Assembly (NCBI GenBank): GCA_905331295.1
Contig: CAJNYD010000551.1
Span: forward strand, 1 to 64,000
Length of the DNA: 64,000 nucleotides
DNA from: Rotaria socialis
Taxonomy: Eukaryota
Reading direction: 5' to 3'
Below the pieces are notes generated by a model. That model was given only the letters and a program-made list of their open reading frames with translations. It did not search any database and was not told the origin of the DNA. This document shows positions 50,102-63,874 of the stretch, in pieces. A program made the translations under genes and the position numbers. Within the stretch, counting starts at the first letter, position 1. Every line of letters starts with the position of its first letter.

Positions 50102-52862
50102 TCACAAAGTGCAAATTTGAAATTTAATTGTTTGTCTTACAGCATGCAAAGCCGTTTGAATATTGCAAACTTTTCGTTTCAATTCTTCGCTTTGAACGAT
50201 ACTCTCTGATGTTTGAATTTTAATATTCTGCAATCGAAAACAATCATTTACGAGATTTTCCCATGGATTTATATTCAAAAATATCTCAATATCATATGTG
50301 TTGATGATGAAATGAAGGTATTGAATATTAAACATTTTTTTTATCACAGAAGTTATTGATTTCAAACAACACGATGGGTCATTGTCATAACAAGCATCCA
50401 TCGAAGCCCATGGAAATTGGCCAATATCAAATAGAAAATATTTCACACTGAAATTAAATTTGTAGAGTTTCACCAATTGAGACATATCATAATCATAATG
50501 AGTGCAGAGTGTGCCCGCACAACGAATTTCAAATCGTCTAATTTTTTCCCAAAGTTGATTAAATATACTACTAAATGCACTTAAGTTAATTTCATTATCG
50601 TAGCAGAGAGACAGACAAGTCAATTCAGGAAAATATTGTCCATATTGACAAATGTTTTTGTCGTATGTTAAATTTAAAAGAGTCATTGATATAACTTTTT
50701 TGAAGCTAGATAAAAGAGTTAATTCTTTTTCTGACCATATTCGATCTCCGTCAAGTTTTAAAGAAACAATTTTTGTTGGGTCGCTTCTTGAAAGAATCAT
50801 TTTAATAAATGGAATATTAGGATTTGATAATTGAAATTTCGAACCATCATTGAATAAAGGAAGAATATTAGTAGAAAATACAGAGATTGTGTCATTTAAT
50901 GAAAGATATTGGGCTATTTCAAGAATAATGTCCCAACAAAGGCCAGTGGTTCCACAAAAATCAAATGACTTAAATGAATATTTTTTTGACGTCGAAGTCA
51001 TTTGATCAAAAAAGAGACTTACTAGATCTTGTTCGTTTTCATCGCATAGTTTTTTGAAATGGCTCAATTCACTTAAAGCTATTTCACACATAGCTGGTTT
51101 CTGTTTGCCTACTAAATCGTCAGTTTTGAGTAGTGATTTAAATTGATATTTAGCTGTGATGAATGCGTCTGTTTTAAATTCGAATCGTCGCATGATTCCA
51201 ATCATCAATGGCCATTCTCCAATGAGAAACTCATCCCAGAACTCAGTAGAAAATGTTTCTTCCCAATACTTTATTAATCTGATTCCAAGAAAAACCAACC
51301 TTACAGTTAAATTTTATTTTTATAACTCACTTATTCTTATTCCACTGAAATGTTATATCCCAAGGCCAAACAATATAATTTTCAAGTAAGTAGTTGATTA
51401 TCTTTTCTGAACAAAATGTATCTTTACAAAATTTTTTACGAAGTTCACTTTCATCGTTGTGTATGTAAACAAGTACTGGACGACGCTAAAATAGGGCAAA
51501 TCGATCTATTTTATTTGAAGAAAAAATTCAATTTGAACGAACTTCTTGAATCGGGATCGAACTAAACGCTTCTTTACATGCATTTTGAAGAGAGCCTTCG
51601 AAAAATAAAGGACAATCTTCATAGCGTTCTTTGAAACATTTTGACAATGCCAAAATACCATCAACTTCATTCTCACATCTCGGTGGAACTATTTATATAA
51701 TATACATGAGATGTCTAGTTCGAATTCGAATATAAATGGACACCCAACTGCATGGTATCAATTCGAAAATAAGTGATAGAAATAGATTTAGTTTAAGATG
51801 GCGTGGGTGCGAGGTGCGGGTGAAGGGTATACCGGGTGGGGCAAAAGTTTCGCGACATTTTTTCTCTTGCAAATATTCTGATACGCAAATAAAACACGAT
51901 TTTCTGCTAAGAAATATTTAATTTTCAAAGTATAAATCACTGCTAGACACAACTCGAAAAGCTCTATCGATTGCCGACAATATAATGTTTTCTAAAACGC
52001 ATTCCTCTGATTAGACACTAGGTCAATTCTTTGCAAAAGTGACATTTTCATCCTCAATGCTAATGCTTTCGCAATGTCGACCTAATTTTATCAGAATTTA
52101 ATAGAGAATTGATGTGTCTGGTTATGAGACGCTCAGATAAGACTTTATTTAAGTGAATCAGCTAAAAAAGATTAAAATCCTATGAAAAGAGCTATTTGTG
52201 CTGTAGATATTCACTCAGGTGACTTTTTTTCATACCCACATAGATTATTCTCAAACACTTATAGGCATTCCTGAAAATGCTCACGATGCGGAATCCAATT
52301 ACAAGAAATCGAGCTTCTTAGATGCATTCTTAGAATTTGAAAAGAACTTTGAAAATATATAAAAGATTGAGTAGGAAATAATTGCTATTGGATGAGCCAC
52401 ATTCGTTCATTGTTTTAAATTGAAGTTAACATGAGTTTGTAGAGAATTGAATTCTGTATCTGCTGATGAGAACTTTAGAATCATGTGTTATTTGCGTATC
52501 AGAATATTTGCACGAGAAAAAATGTCGCAAAACTTTTGCCCCATCCGGTATATGTATTCATATGTCGCATATATCGGAAAGTTAAACTAAAACTAAGTTC
52601 AGGAATAGATTTAGTTTTCGTTTAACTTTTTCTTTTCTCCATTTATATTCGAACTCGAATTAGACAGCTACTTATAATATAAATGCACCTCAATTAATCT
52701 GCCATTTCTATTAAAATACAATACAAAAAATACTATCTTACATGGAGTACTATTGCTAAATTGACGATTATAATCGATGGCATGGTCATCGTCTTCTGCT
52801 ATATTCTCATCCTAGATAAAGTATGCATAGAAAATATGATTCATTAAAAATATACTAACCAT
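50102..52862 (-). CDS. Protein with an N-terminal UAS (FAF1/FAF2-type thioredoxin-like) domain and a C-terminal F-box/LRR-like region; ~6 exons
   Basis: CPLFFEGSLQNACKEAF, RRPVLVYIHND, FCSEKIINYLLENYIVWPWDIT; then LCWDIILEIAQYLSLNDTISVF and LxxLxL repeats. Confidence 0.75.
51708..52670. mobile_element. Outer TIR element in an intron, host of the nested Tc1/mariner-like MITE
   Basis: TGTCTAGTTCGAATTCGAATATAAATGGA (51712) vs TCCATTTATATTCGAACTCGAATTAGACA (52638-52666). Confidence 0.75.
51832..52548. mobile_element. Tc1/mariner-like MITE with TA TSD
   Basis: ~70-bp TIRs CCGGGTGGGGCAAAAGTTTCGCGACA... / ...TGTCGCAAAACTTTTGCCCCATCCGG, TA on both flanks. Confidence 0.88.
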
Positions 52863-53420
52863 AGTAAGTTTTCGTTCGCTGAAAACAAGGATATATTCTT
52901 TTTTTTGCCTAGTGCATCATATTATTAAACAGTGGGAAAAAAACGTTTGCTTATTATTTAATCAGTAGAAATGACTCATACTTTTTTTACTGTAAATATT
53001 TTTAAGTAGTCTACTGCAGACGAAAGGAAGATTAATGTAATAAATAGATGTAGTTTTTTTTGTTGTTCTCTCTCTTTTAAATCACTACTTGTACGCCTAT
53101 TACTCTAAAAAACACTCGCTGTTTTATTGTCTGTACGACGAAAACAACGAGAATAAATATCGAAAGAAAAACGTGCATATGTTAATAGGTGCTGTAAGCA
53201 AATACAAGCTAACATAGTGTAAAAAGCAGTAAAAACAATTATGAATATATGTGAATTTTAAGGTTAAAATGGATTATAATAAGCTTGCTTCTACTCATAT
53301 AATATTTTTATTTCGAGAAAAACATGTGTTTAACTTTTAAAGGCCTTCCTCGAAAAACTGATAAAATAGGTATGTCACATTTGATATAGACATCAAATCT
53401 TTATATTTTATTGACAAAGT

Positions 53421-54790
53421 TTATAAATAAATATTACGAGCATCAAACATATTTGGTGTATAAAATGATGACGATGATGATGATGAAGCTTGTGATGAGA
53501 ATATGGGTCCAGATATATTCGACGATGAGTATGGAAATGTTGCTGTTGATCGGTGAAAGTATTCATAGTCTAAATGTTGAAAAGCAAAAAAAGAGAAATT
53601 TGATTATTAATAGAAGAAAACTTCAATCGACGAACCATTAGTATGTTGAGGATAAAGTGAAGATTGTTGATTAAGAAATAAGTCAACAGGATTATTAGCA
53701 TTCATAAGAATATTATTGAATTCATTTAATGGTCGAAACGTTGGGCCAGTAGTAACTTTTGATAGATTTTTATTACTAGATAAATAGTTCGGATTGAAAT
53801 GAAGATCAGGCAATGGCATCGACGATTCCGGAATATGTGTAGTACTTCGCGCGATAGGTCTACTAGATATTTCTAATGAACTAGTACTAGTTCGCACGGG
53901 CGGTTGTTGATGAGCAGAAGCTATCTTTCGTGAACGAGCTCGACGATTTGAAAACCATACCTTTATAGACGATAGAATTATCACTAAGAACAAAATAAAA
54001 TATACTCGTTTTAATACTTGAATACGTGCTTCGCTCAGGCCAATGCATCTTGATAATTTTTCTCTCACTTGAACATCAGGATAATGTGTTTCTTGAAAAG
54101 TGTGTTCTAATCTTTGAACTTGATCTTGATTAAAGCTAGTTCGATATCGGCGAGTTTTTATTATTTTATTTATATTTTTTCTGTTTTCGACAGACGACTG
54201 GTCTTCCTGATTACCACGTAGCATTCGTGTTAATACATTCACACTTGGTAATGATGCTTGTGTACAAACGCCATCACGAATTAACCGTTCACATATTTCC
54301 CCAACCAGCATTGGATTATTGGAGTACATCGTTTTGTATTCATTGAGTTTCTGTTCGATATTAGCTGGAAGAATTTTAAATTTCGAATCCGTGTTAGGTG
54401 AGCCGGACTCAATTGAACCTGTTTCAGCATAGCGTGATAGAATCTTCGATACACATCCATGTGAAACACGTAACTTAATGGATCAAAACAGAAAAATGTG
54501 AAATTTTAGAACGGAGAAACAAATTGATCAATACCTGTCGACTAATCATACAAGGTCGAATACCTTGAATAGCCATATCAACAATCCTCATACGAAGAGA
54601 GCTTGGCAATGGACGTCCATTGATAAATACACCACCCAATTGATTAATTCGACCTTGTCCTTCTATAAATTCTCGAGTATTATAAGAGAGTCACTTTTAG
54701 TTTACCTTCAAAAGTTACAGCATGTGGACCATAGATGTTTACCATTGATGAACGAGAACAAGATATAGAAGGAATCGTGGTCCCATTCAT
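53421..54790 (-). CDS. Pax3/7: Pax3/7 (paired/gooseberry)-like paired-domain + S50 homeodomain transcription factor; 5 exons
   Basis: [41 protein letters not shown]; homeodomain RRYRTSF...HYPDV...[14 protein letters not shown]. Confidence 0.92.
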
Positions 54791-56506
54791 CGTTTCGGTT
54801 AATAAGCGTCTTGAACTAGACAGCATGGCACACAGGCGCCAGAAAAAATTGTTTATCCTTTTTCTTGGGTTTTCAGCTTCTAGTTAGACGGTCAAATCAA
54901 ATTCTATATCAATCAATGGTACAGTCGATTCGGATTGTAGAAAAATTTTTATAGGAAAAAATTTGCAATGCCTAACTTTCTAGTTAATAATATATACAAT
55001 CTATAACGTTTGTTTATTTCTTTTTCATTTTTCAACTGCGAAATCTGAGTTTCACGCGCATTAAACATCAAGAAAAAGATAATTTAACTGACGGAGTAAT
55101 AGAGAAGTAAAACTAGGCATTTTGAATTGTCTCGCATGTTACGGACACGGACTGATATGCATATTTGTTTGAATGTCTTTATATTTCGCTTGTTTCATAG
55201 GTGTTATCATTTGCTACCACCATTCGGCCATGAATACCATTATCGATTGTGCATATATATATATATGTGTGTAGAGAGAATAATGTTGATTGACCAATCA
55301 TCGGTAAAAATGTAAATGACTTTTCTTTCTTAACCAATTGATTTTCGCACATTTTATCTGGAGAAAAAAATGTGGAGTTTTTTCGTTTATCAACGAAGAG
55401 AAGCTTCGTTCTTGTCTTGCGACTTTGGAGATTATGTTTTTTGTAAATATTACCATCATTATTTCTAAATTGAAAGTCACCGATTCAATACAACTAAAAG
55501 AAACATGTTAATTAGAGTAATGAATATATATTCAAGACCGTTGCATTCGGTTTTTCCAACTTGCGTAAAGTGTACACCAAAATGTCTTAGCTGTTGGCAT
55601 GATGAACTCGACTAATGAGAAATTAAAGAATATTAGCTCTCAAGGTCTAAATAAAACCTATGATTAAGCTACTTGTATTATAAACGAAGGATTCCATGTT
55701 TTAATTGACCGCTCTATTTGCATTTGACAGATCGGGATCAAGGCTTGAAGTCTATAAATATGATGAATATTGAAAATCTTCCGATGACTTGCTATTTTTT
55801 CCCTTTAAAAAAGAATCATGCCATGGAATTTTTCGAATAGTAAAAATTGTCATCAAAGAAAAATGTTAATATCAATATTTGCAAACTCGATGATTGAAAA
55901 AATCTATAGAATATTTATCTATTTAGTTGTGTCATATTTACTTCTACAATAATCATCGATTGAATTTTCCACCTACAGTAATTAAATCTCTGAATATTTC
56001 TTTGATGTATAGTAATGTAGCATTTGTGAGGAATTAGTATAGTCTTTGTACGAATTATGCTATAAATTTATTTTTCATCAAGAAAAATCTTAAATTGTAA
56101 AAATAGTATTTCAATTGGTCTTATATTGAATTAAAGAACTACATAGCTAACGATTTAGTAGTGTAGGCCGACGCATGACTCATCGATGCTAGCTGGATTT
56201 ATTGAAACCTTCTCCCTATCGGTAGTAGTAATGACTCAGTTGATTGGCATGCAATTCTTCAAACGACGATGCAGATTTAAATAAACCTTACCTTTCAAAA
56301 TATAAACGATTTTCTTGATTGATGAAAATTAAATCTAACGATTAGATTGAATAATGATTTATTGAAAATTTATGTAACGAATATACATTAAAAAATAAAT
56401 TCTATATTTAGACGAATCCATTTTTGAACATTAATTGTCGTCATTTTTACCAGTTACGATTATCGTAAGCGTACATCTAGTTCAAAGAAGTACAGTTACA
56501 CAAATC

Positions 56507-57326
56507 ATGCATGCTGACGCATACGATGATGGCGTGATGTCTCTCGAAGATTTGTTTTTATCGGTTGTATAAGACGTATATTTACTTTGAGTCATACTCG
56601 GTATGCTATATAAGGGAAGAGAATAACAAGAGAAATAATAGCTATGCTATTGAATTAAGTAACTGTCGAAAGCATCATATTATTTTCTTCATGCATCTAT
56701 TTCTTGGTTGGCGTCCAATGCAAGATCGTATTGGTTATTTAGGCCATACGATTGAACGTTGCTTATGGGGTGATGGTCGTGCTCGTCATACATTTTTATT
56801 AGCATCAACGAATGAACATCCTTTGGTTTTAATTGAGATCGATGTTGGTGATAGTAAAAAGGGTATCAAGAAAAGTATGAAATTAAATATTGTTGAATTA
56901 AATGAAATACCGAAAAAAATTGCAAGAATTGAATATCTGGGTCACATTAAATCTTCACAAGCATATGAAAATCTCATTCAATCTGCAAATAGTTTTGTAA
57001 ATAATCATCCGAATTATCATGTTGTATGCAATAATTGTCGAACCTTTGTGGAATATCTTATTGATGAAATACCTGAATGTCATAATTCAATACCACGTGA
57101 AAATGGTTCTATACTTGAGTATTATCATGTCAAAGAAAAACACGATCACCCAGGAGTTTTAGTTAAAAGTCAAAAGCTCATGAAATTTCTTCGTGATCTT
57201 CACCGACACAATAAAGAACATAAGTCTACTGCAAAATTGCTATTTGACTTACAATCATCTGCCTTGGACATTAATAATAATAATAATAATAATAATAGTA
57301 AAGAACCTGTTGAAGATCTGTTGTAA
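56507..57326 (+). CDS. Putative permuted papain-like (PPPDE/LRAT-type) protein; start and first intron uncertain
   Basis: ARHTFLL (His) followed later by NYHVVCNNCRTFVEYL (NC motif); poly-Asn tail. Confidence 0.55.
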
Positions 57327-58856
57327 AAGTAGAAAAAGTAGAAAAAGAATTTTTTAGCATATCAATTTGTAGCAATATATTTTTTTTAAATAAACCAATG
57401 CTGTGCATGACACTATCAAAAGTGAGTACGAGCGACATCGGCAACAACCGCAAAACAGTTACAAAGGCTGTCACTATCAGACAGTCTGTAAGTCACACAA
57501 TGTAGTCACGCCCCTCAGTACTTGGAGAGATTTTTGATCCTATAATATCTCTTCAAATGTGCGTATTTCTGTTCTAAATAATTACGTACCGAAAAAGGAA
57601 TATTTAGTAAAGACTAGATTTTTTTAATTAAAAATTGTGTTCTTCTAACTTTTGAGAAATTATATCAATTTTTTTCAAACAAAAATTGCTAAAAATAAAG
57701 CTTGACAGGTCAGAAGATAAATTTAAGGTTGTTTCTGCGAAAGAATTGTAGTCACTACTCTAGTTTCTCGTCAAACTAAGGGATTATCAAAAACTTTCGT
57801 TTTGCTATTCTCGTTGGGTCTACCATCACTACTTTCTTAGCAATCCTACTATCAATTAATTAAATAAATTAGTTCAGCTTAAAGCTGATATATATTTTAG
57901 TATTGATGTCAGACATGACGAATAATTTGTTCTTAAAATTTCAATTTGTAGACAATGATATTTTGTTTCAGACAGATCAAAGAAATCTATTTCCTGCCTG
58001 AAAGCTATTGTCAAAGCGATATGACCTATTTTGTGTACGTAGTGAAAAGCATGCGTGACTTCGATTTTAAAAGATGATGAAAATATATTTGATCGTACTT
58101 CATCTCAATGAATGATTAAGAGTATTTCGTCCTTGCATTTTTATATAATCTGCCACAGGGAACGGCATAGACTGCACGCGACAATTAAACTTGTAGATTA
58201 ACGAAATAGGAAATCCTTTTTTTCGATATTAAACTTTTTTCTCTGTTCTTTGAACTTTGGCATTCGTTACGTCAACCAGAAAATAAATGACGTCCGCATA
58301 ATCTATTTTTCAGCGGACAAGCACGCATCGCAATTCTGGCAATGACTTTCGAGAAAGTTAAGAACTATATTAAAATGAAAACTCAAATTTGGTGTATCTG
58401 ATTGAACAGAACTAGTTGTAGCGCATTTTGATTGTTTCACGAAAGAAAACTATTGCACAAGTCAATTATCGGATGAGTTTTTGTTCTCGAAAACAAAATA
58501 GCATTTATACATATATTGGTACAAATAAAATGAATTCGCTCATTTTCAATTTGACACTAATCCTATGGTAGATTTCTAATAAAAGAATTACTCAATCAAA
58601 TATGCATGCATATATATCATCAAATAATCTGTCACGTTTCGAATGTCCTCATTAGTCATTGTCTTCTCTCTTCTTCTTTTTTTTACTACTAACAAGGAGT
58701 CTTCATGTATGTCTTTTGCCAATTTTTTTCTTTTCTAACATGAAAATCTCTAATATGCAATGCAATGACACAGAGTCACATTGAACCGGCTAGCATAAAA
58801 TAAAATAAGACCCATATATCCATTCATACGATCGGCAATGAAATAAAATTACCATT

Positions 58857-59792
58857 ATGAATGATAATATCTATGTTCAATTAAGTCGCTATACCCAACC
58901 CGTATTAATTATATTCGGTACAATAGGTGCTTTGCTAAATCAAATATTATTTCATCGTAGAAAATTAATAAAAAAAGCTTCGTGTACAGTTTATTTGCGA
59001 GCTTTATCAATCAATGATATTCTTGTATTATATTTAATTGTATTAACGCAATGGTTGAATGATCAATTTCATTGGGATCCAAGTGGTACATATGTATGGT
59101 TTTGTAAAATTCGAACATATGCAATGTTTATTCTATATGCTATGTCGCCCTATTACATTGTTTTGGTTTGTATTGATCGTTTATGTCGAACATCGAAATA
59201 TAGCTCGTTACGCAAAATTGCGACTCCATCGAAAGCGCATCGAATAATAATAATTACAGTTCTTATGGTAATTCTTGCTTATAGTCATATATTATTTCAA
59301 TATAATATTAATCGCTCGAAATGTTTTGCTCGAAATTTTTCTTATTATCACGTTCTTGGCTATTTTATTTTAATCTTCTATTGTCTTTTACCACCTCTAC
59401 TAATGTCGATATTTTCCAGTTGGACATTAATACTATTGCATTGTTATCGTAGAAAACAAGAAAAACAGTATCATCTAAAAATTATATTACCAAGTAAAAA
59501 CCACCGCTGCAACCGTAACTATCAATTACTTAAAATACTTTTTTTGTATGTAACAACAACAATTATTTGTACATTACCATTTTCTATTCTTATGCTACTT
59601 CATACGCATCAATTCAATTCGAATCGTCAATTAGTAGTGTATATCAAAACTGCTGTTCTTCTTTGTAATGTCAATCATTGTACAAGTTTTTATATATATA
59701 CATTGGGAACTCCGTTATATCGTCGTGAATTGTTACATTTGATGCAGTCCTTTCGACGACGTTTTGTTCTCTGGTTGACTCACGTCAATTAA
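58857..59792 (+). CDS. Single-exon orphan rhodopsin-class GPCR
   Basis: Seven hydrophobic segments, GALLN, YLRALSIND, FCKIR, CIDR, LPP, CTLP, SFYIYTL...YRREL. Confidence 0.9.
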   Translation: MNDNIYVQLSRYTQPVLIIFGTIGALLNQILFHRRKLIKKASCTVYLRALSINDILVLYLIVLTQWLNDQFHWDPSGTYVWFCKIRTYAMFILYAMSPYYIVLVCIDRLCRTSKYSSLRKIATPSKAHRIIIITVLMVILAYSHILFQYNINRSKCFARNFSYYHVLGYFILIFYCLLPPLLMSIFSSWTLILLHCYRRKQEKQYHLKIILPSKNHRCNRNYQLLKILFLYVTTTIICTLPFSILMLLHTHQFNSNRQLVVYIKTAVLLCNVNHCTSFYIYTLGTPLYRRELLHLMQSFRRRFVLWLTHVN

Positions 59793-61338
59793 AAATGGAT
59801 AGAAAACCTAATGGAAAAGGTAAACGGATCGTTTAAGCAAAACGCAAGAATTAAAATTGTTCTCAGCTGCGTAATTGTTAAGAAAATATCAATTTTTTTG
59901 AAAACTATTCTATTTGTAATTCAGAACTTGCTCTATTAGAGCATCTACGATTTCCTAAATACAAAAACCTATTCATATTGTGCTAAGCATATATATCATA
60001 AACAATTCTGTTATTCAAATTTGAAAATTAACAAGACTGCATTTTAATTCTCTTGGGTAATTTAATGCTTTCTTTTCTTTTTTTTTTATCCACGAAACTC
60101 GATCGATCGCCAGACAATTCACAAGAAAGTTGCGTGCTTTAGATCTCACGATATAATGAATTTAATATTAAAAACAATTCAGCGCACATTTCTTCACCTG
60201 AGATATTAACACAAAGTCTCCTTTGTGCGTTTCTGACATCATCTAAAGATGACAGGTACTATGCATTGATTGTCACTCTTAACTTCACCCAATATTCATA
60301 AGATAATAATTAAATCTCTTTCAGCAAAAATTTCTTACGCTTCTTTAAAAAATGTACACTTTTTGTTTCACAAAACTACCTTGAATTTTTGGAAAGTCAT
60401 TTGATATTCGACGATTCCTCGATTTACCAAGAAAGTTCTATAGAACATCGTATGCTTTCGATTAGGAACGATACACATATAACACTATAGCGTTACTCAA
60501 GTGACACCGTGTGTGCTTGTTCTGGTTGATATTTCAGGTGCACGCTATGACTTGTTCCAGACATCCATAAAAACTGCTAGTGCAATCTCCATGGTATGAA
60601 AATGTATAACTTGTGTTGCTAATTATAAAAGAGCACTATGATACTATATCTATTTTGAACTATATAACGCCGTCATTTGTTTTTACTTAATCATTAGTGA
60701 AAACAAAGAACATCTGTGCCGTTTCTATGTCTACGTCTATGATAATCTGTGATGGCCCACTCTTTTAAAGCTTATCTTTGATGTTTATAACGGAAGCGGA
60801 CTCGATGTTTCTAACTCAGTAGTTCAATATTATATTTCTAGCGAGTGTTTGATAAAAACTTTAACATGGATAGCAGATAATTAAAAATCCTATACGACCG
60901 ATGATTATAATTGACACTGTTATATTTTGTTCTTTTATTCCTACGACTAAGTTATCACTGCGATGCATTTTTTACTGATCGTATTCTTCGGATCTAATTC
61001 TATGCACATATTGTAATTGAATACTTCTGAAGAAATTAGAACAATATCGGCGACGTACAAAAGCTTAGACTAGAATAAAATAAACATATGATAGAATCGC
61101 AATTCTATTTATTATTATCGCATTCATCATTAAGAATGTGTTTTTCTCATTCCAAGAATGTCTCATCTGTTCGGAATCGTTATGATCTAAGATGAATTTG
61201 ATTGTTTTATTGTATTTGATATCGTTTCTGAATTATCAATAATAGTAAAAACAAAATTTAAACAGATTTATCTCACTTCATGTGTATTCAAAGAAAGACA
61301 TATCATTTGAAAATTACATTGGCATTGCTATCTTACAT

Positions 61339-61929
61339 TTAAAACAATAGTAGTAATAATAAATTAAAGTAAATTATTATTTTCCATCTCGAAACCGAAC
61401 GATAATTCGCTTGATTGCATGCATCTTTATCACATATGTCTAAACACCCGCGAAATCGTCGATGTTGACTAATCCAATCAAGTTTAATATAACCACAATG
61501 ACTCGTACGAGTTATTCCATTATCATCACCTTCGTCTCTACCACATGTACGATAAACATATTGAACTGGATTAGGTCCTATTAAAATAAATATTTATACT
61601 AATCAAAATAATTATTATTCATATTGATACCTCCGGTATGAGCGACTAATTTAATGCAATGTGTTGCCGGAACAAGGCCGTGCCGCCCACGCATAGTAGT
61701 TAAACATGGACTGTGCAGAAGTGGCGCTGTATCCCCCAGACTATCTTGAAAGAAATCTTCGCATAGAGGATCACTACCATTGACGGAAGAACATTTATAA
61801 CAAGATACTGATGATACTAAAATAAACTTTCTTTTGTTTTATATAAATTTCGACGAAATAAATTTTACTCATACCAATATCGACTGTTGAAATAATGTTT
61901 AATACAACGAAAAAACAAAGGTTAAACAT
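61339..61929 (-). CDS. Quiver/sleepless-like Ly6/uPAR three-finger, GPI-anchored protein; 3 exons
   Basis: Signal peptide; SCYKCSS...CED, CIK, YRTC, CDKDACN; hydrophobic C-terminus. Confidence 0.85.
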
Positions 61930-63304
61930 GATTATCTTGTTTGTTATACTAGTAGATCTGCCGTTTTTTTAGAAGTAATTTGTATACATGTACTTGATCT
62001 TTCTGATCGTTATTCTGTTGTCAGTTCTGTTCTGGTCGCCAGCGGTCTGACATACGAATGGGAATACTTATATGCTACTGTTTATAATCAAAGATATATT
62101 ATACATATGAAGCAGTCTACTTATCAAAGCGGATAAGGTATCGTGATAAGAAATATAATGTAGTTTTACCATTAAGCGAAACATAAGCAAAATAATAATT
62201 GTTGTCAAAAAGAAAAAAAACGACAAAAAGAAATACTCGATATAAGCGTATCGATTCGAGAAAATCTCTGTTCTTTCTCCCTAGTCTGTCATTTTCTTTT
62301 CGCAATGAAATATGACTACAACTGTGATAGAACATTTGCTATCAATCATACATCTATATTCGTTACTATAAATCAAAATTGAGATACATAACCGCCACAT
62401 TTTAAAAGATCCACTCCAAAGAAATAATTCTTAACACACTAAAATACTGAAGATAAATAATGAAAAACAAATAGATAATTCAGTTTTTATTATCGAATTC
62501 AATGCTACTCCAAAGCACGATAAGTGCACTCGTAATGAATAATATACATTGTTATTTTAAGATTTTCGATTCATCTTTTAAAGCAATCGTTTTCTAGTAA
62601 ATGCGTTCTATTATCATATTTCTATAAATAGTAACACTAATTGGAATAGATATTATTCATGCCATAGATAATATCAGTCGTACATGAGTAAAAATTGGAT
62701 CCAATATTGATTAACAGAGAAATGTAAAATCGTTTGGCTAGCCAGTTAAAATGCCACCGATATATTTTGATTATAATTCGCATCGGAAAAGTCAAATCGA
62801 AATCAAATATCTTTGAAAATTGACCGAATCGAGACTCGATTGTATTCTGTATATTTTTTTCATCTCGCAAACTTCTATACAAATGACCGTGATTGAATTA
62901 AAAGCAATGCGTCGGATACTAAAAGAACAATTGAAAATTACTGCGTCTTAACAGCCGAAACAAAATATAAGAATAATAAAGAAATATTAGTTCTATCGGT
63001 TTCTTCGCTCTTTCATAAACACATTGATAATCAATTGTCTATTTCAATGCAGGAATAGAACAGCAAGTTTTTTGACCAAAAAAGAAAACAAACTATGCAA
63101 AATATTCTGTCAACTTTGTAATTATTTATTTATTTCCATCATCCTTATTTAAACAATCAGATAAATATTATAATAAAAAAAGAAAAAAGAAAAAACAATT
63201 TTTCACAATTTATAGGAAAAAACAATAAATTTTCGACCAATAATAATAATAACAAATAGTCTCATATTTATTTTTGATACTATATACAAATAAAAAATAA
63301 AATA

Positions 63305-63874
63305 TTACGGCAATAAAAGAAAGACACAGGTAAGTAATGCAGTGCCGAGTAGATCGCCGATCGCTGTCAAATATGGAATACACACATTGTCTGGATCACG
63401 TTCATGGCGCCATGCAAAAGCTACCATCCATTGAGCGATATAGAGAAGTATAGCAACCTATTTAAGATAAGATATATGTTTCATTTTCATTTTTATTTTC
63501 TCGAAAACAAATCGTACTTGAATCAGTGCTGCTAGAAGATAAAGGAGTACAAAAATAAACGAAAATGCATGATGATCAGCTGCTGATCGCCAAATAATAG
63601 AAACAAACACTAAATGACCCGGTATTGCCATCAGCAATAAAACACGCGTTGTTGATGCATTATTTTCTAGAAATTATGTTCAATTAGTTAAAAATTTTCC
63701 TAGAAAATAAATATGAAAAAGCATACGGTTAGAAAGAAAAACTTTATATGGATTGGGACAGATTTTTGCAGCATAATAATGTGATGTATCTTTGAATTCT
63801 CCCGGTTTACCATGTTGATGAAGAGCAGTGGAAAGTCGACTGGCGTGAACAGCTACTAAATTACCACCAACACC
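63305..63874 (-). CDS. SLC41A: SLC41 (MgtE-like) magnesium transporter, last three exons; gene continues beyond the window
   Basis: [19 protein letters not shown] and [22 protein letters not shown]. Confidence 0.93.
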
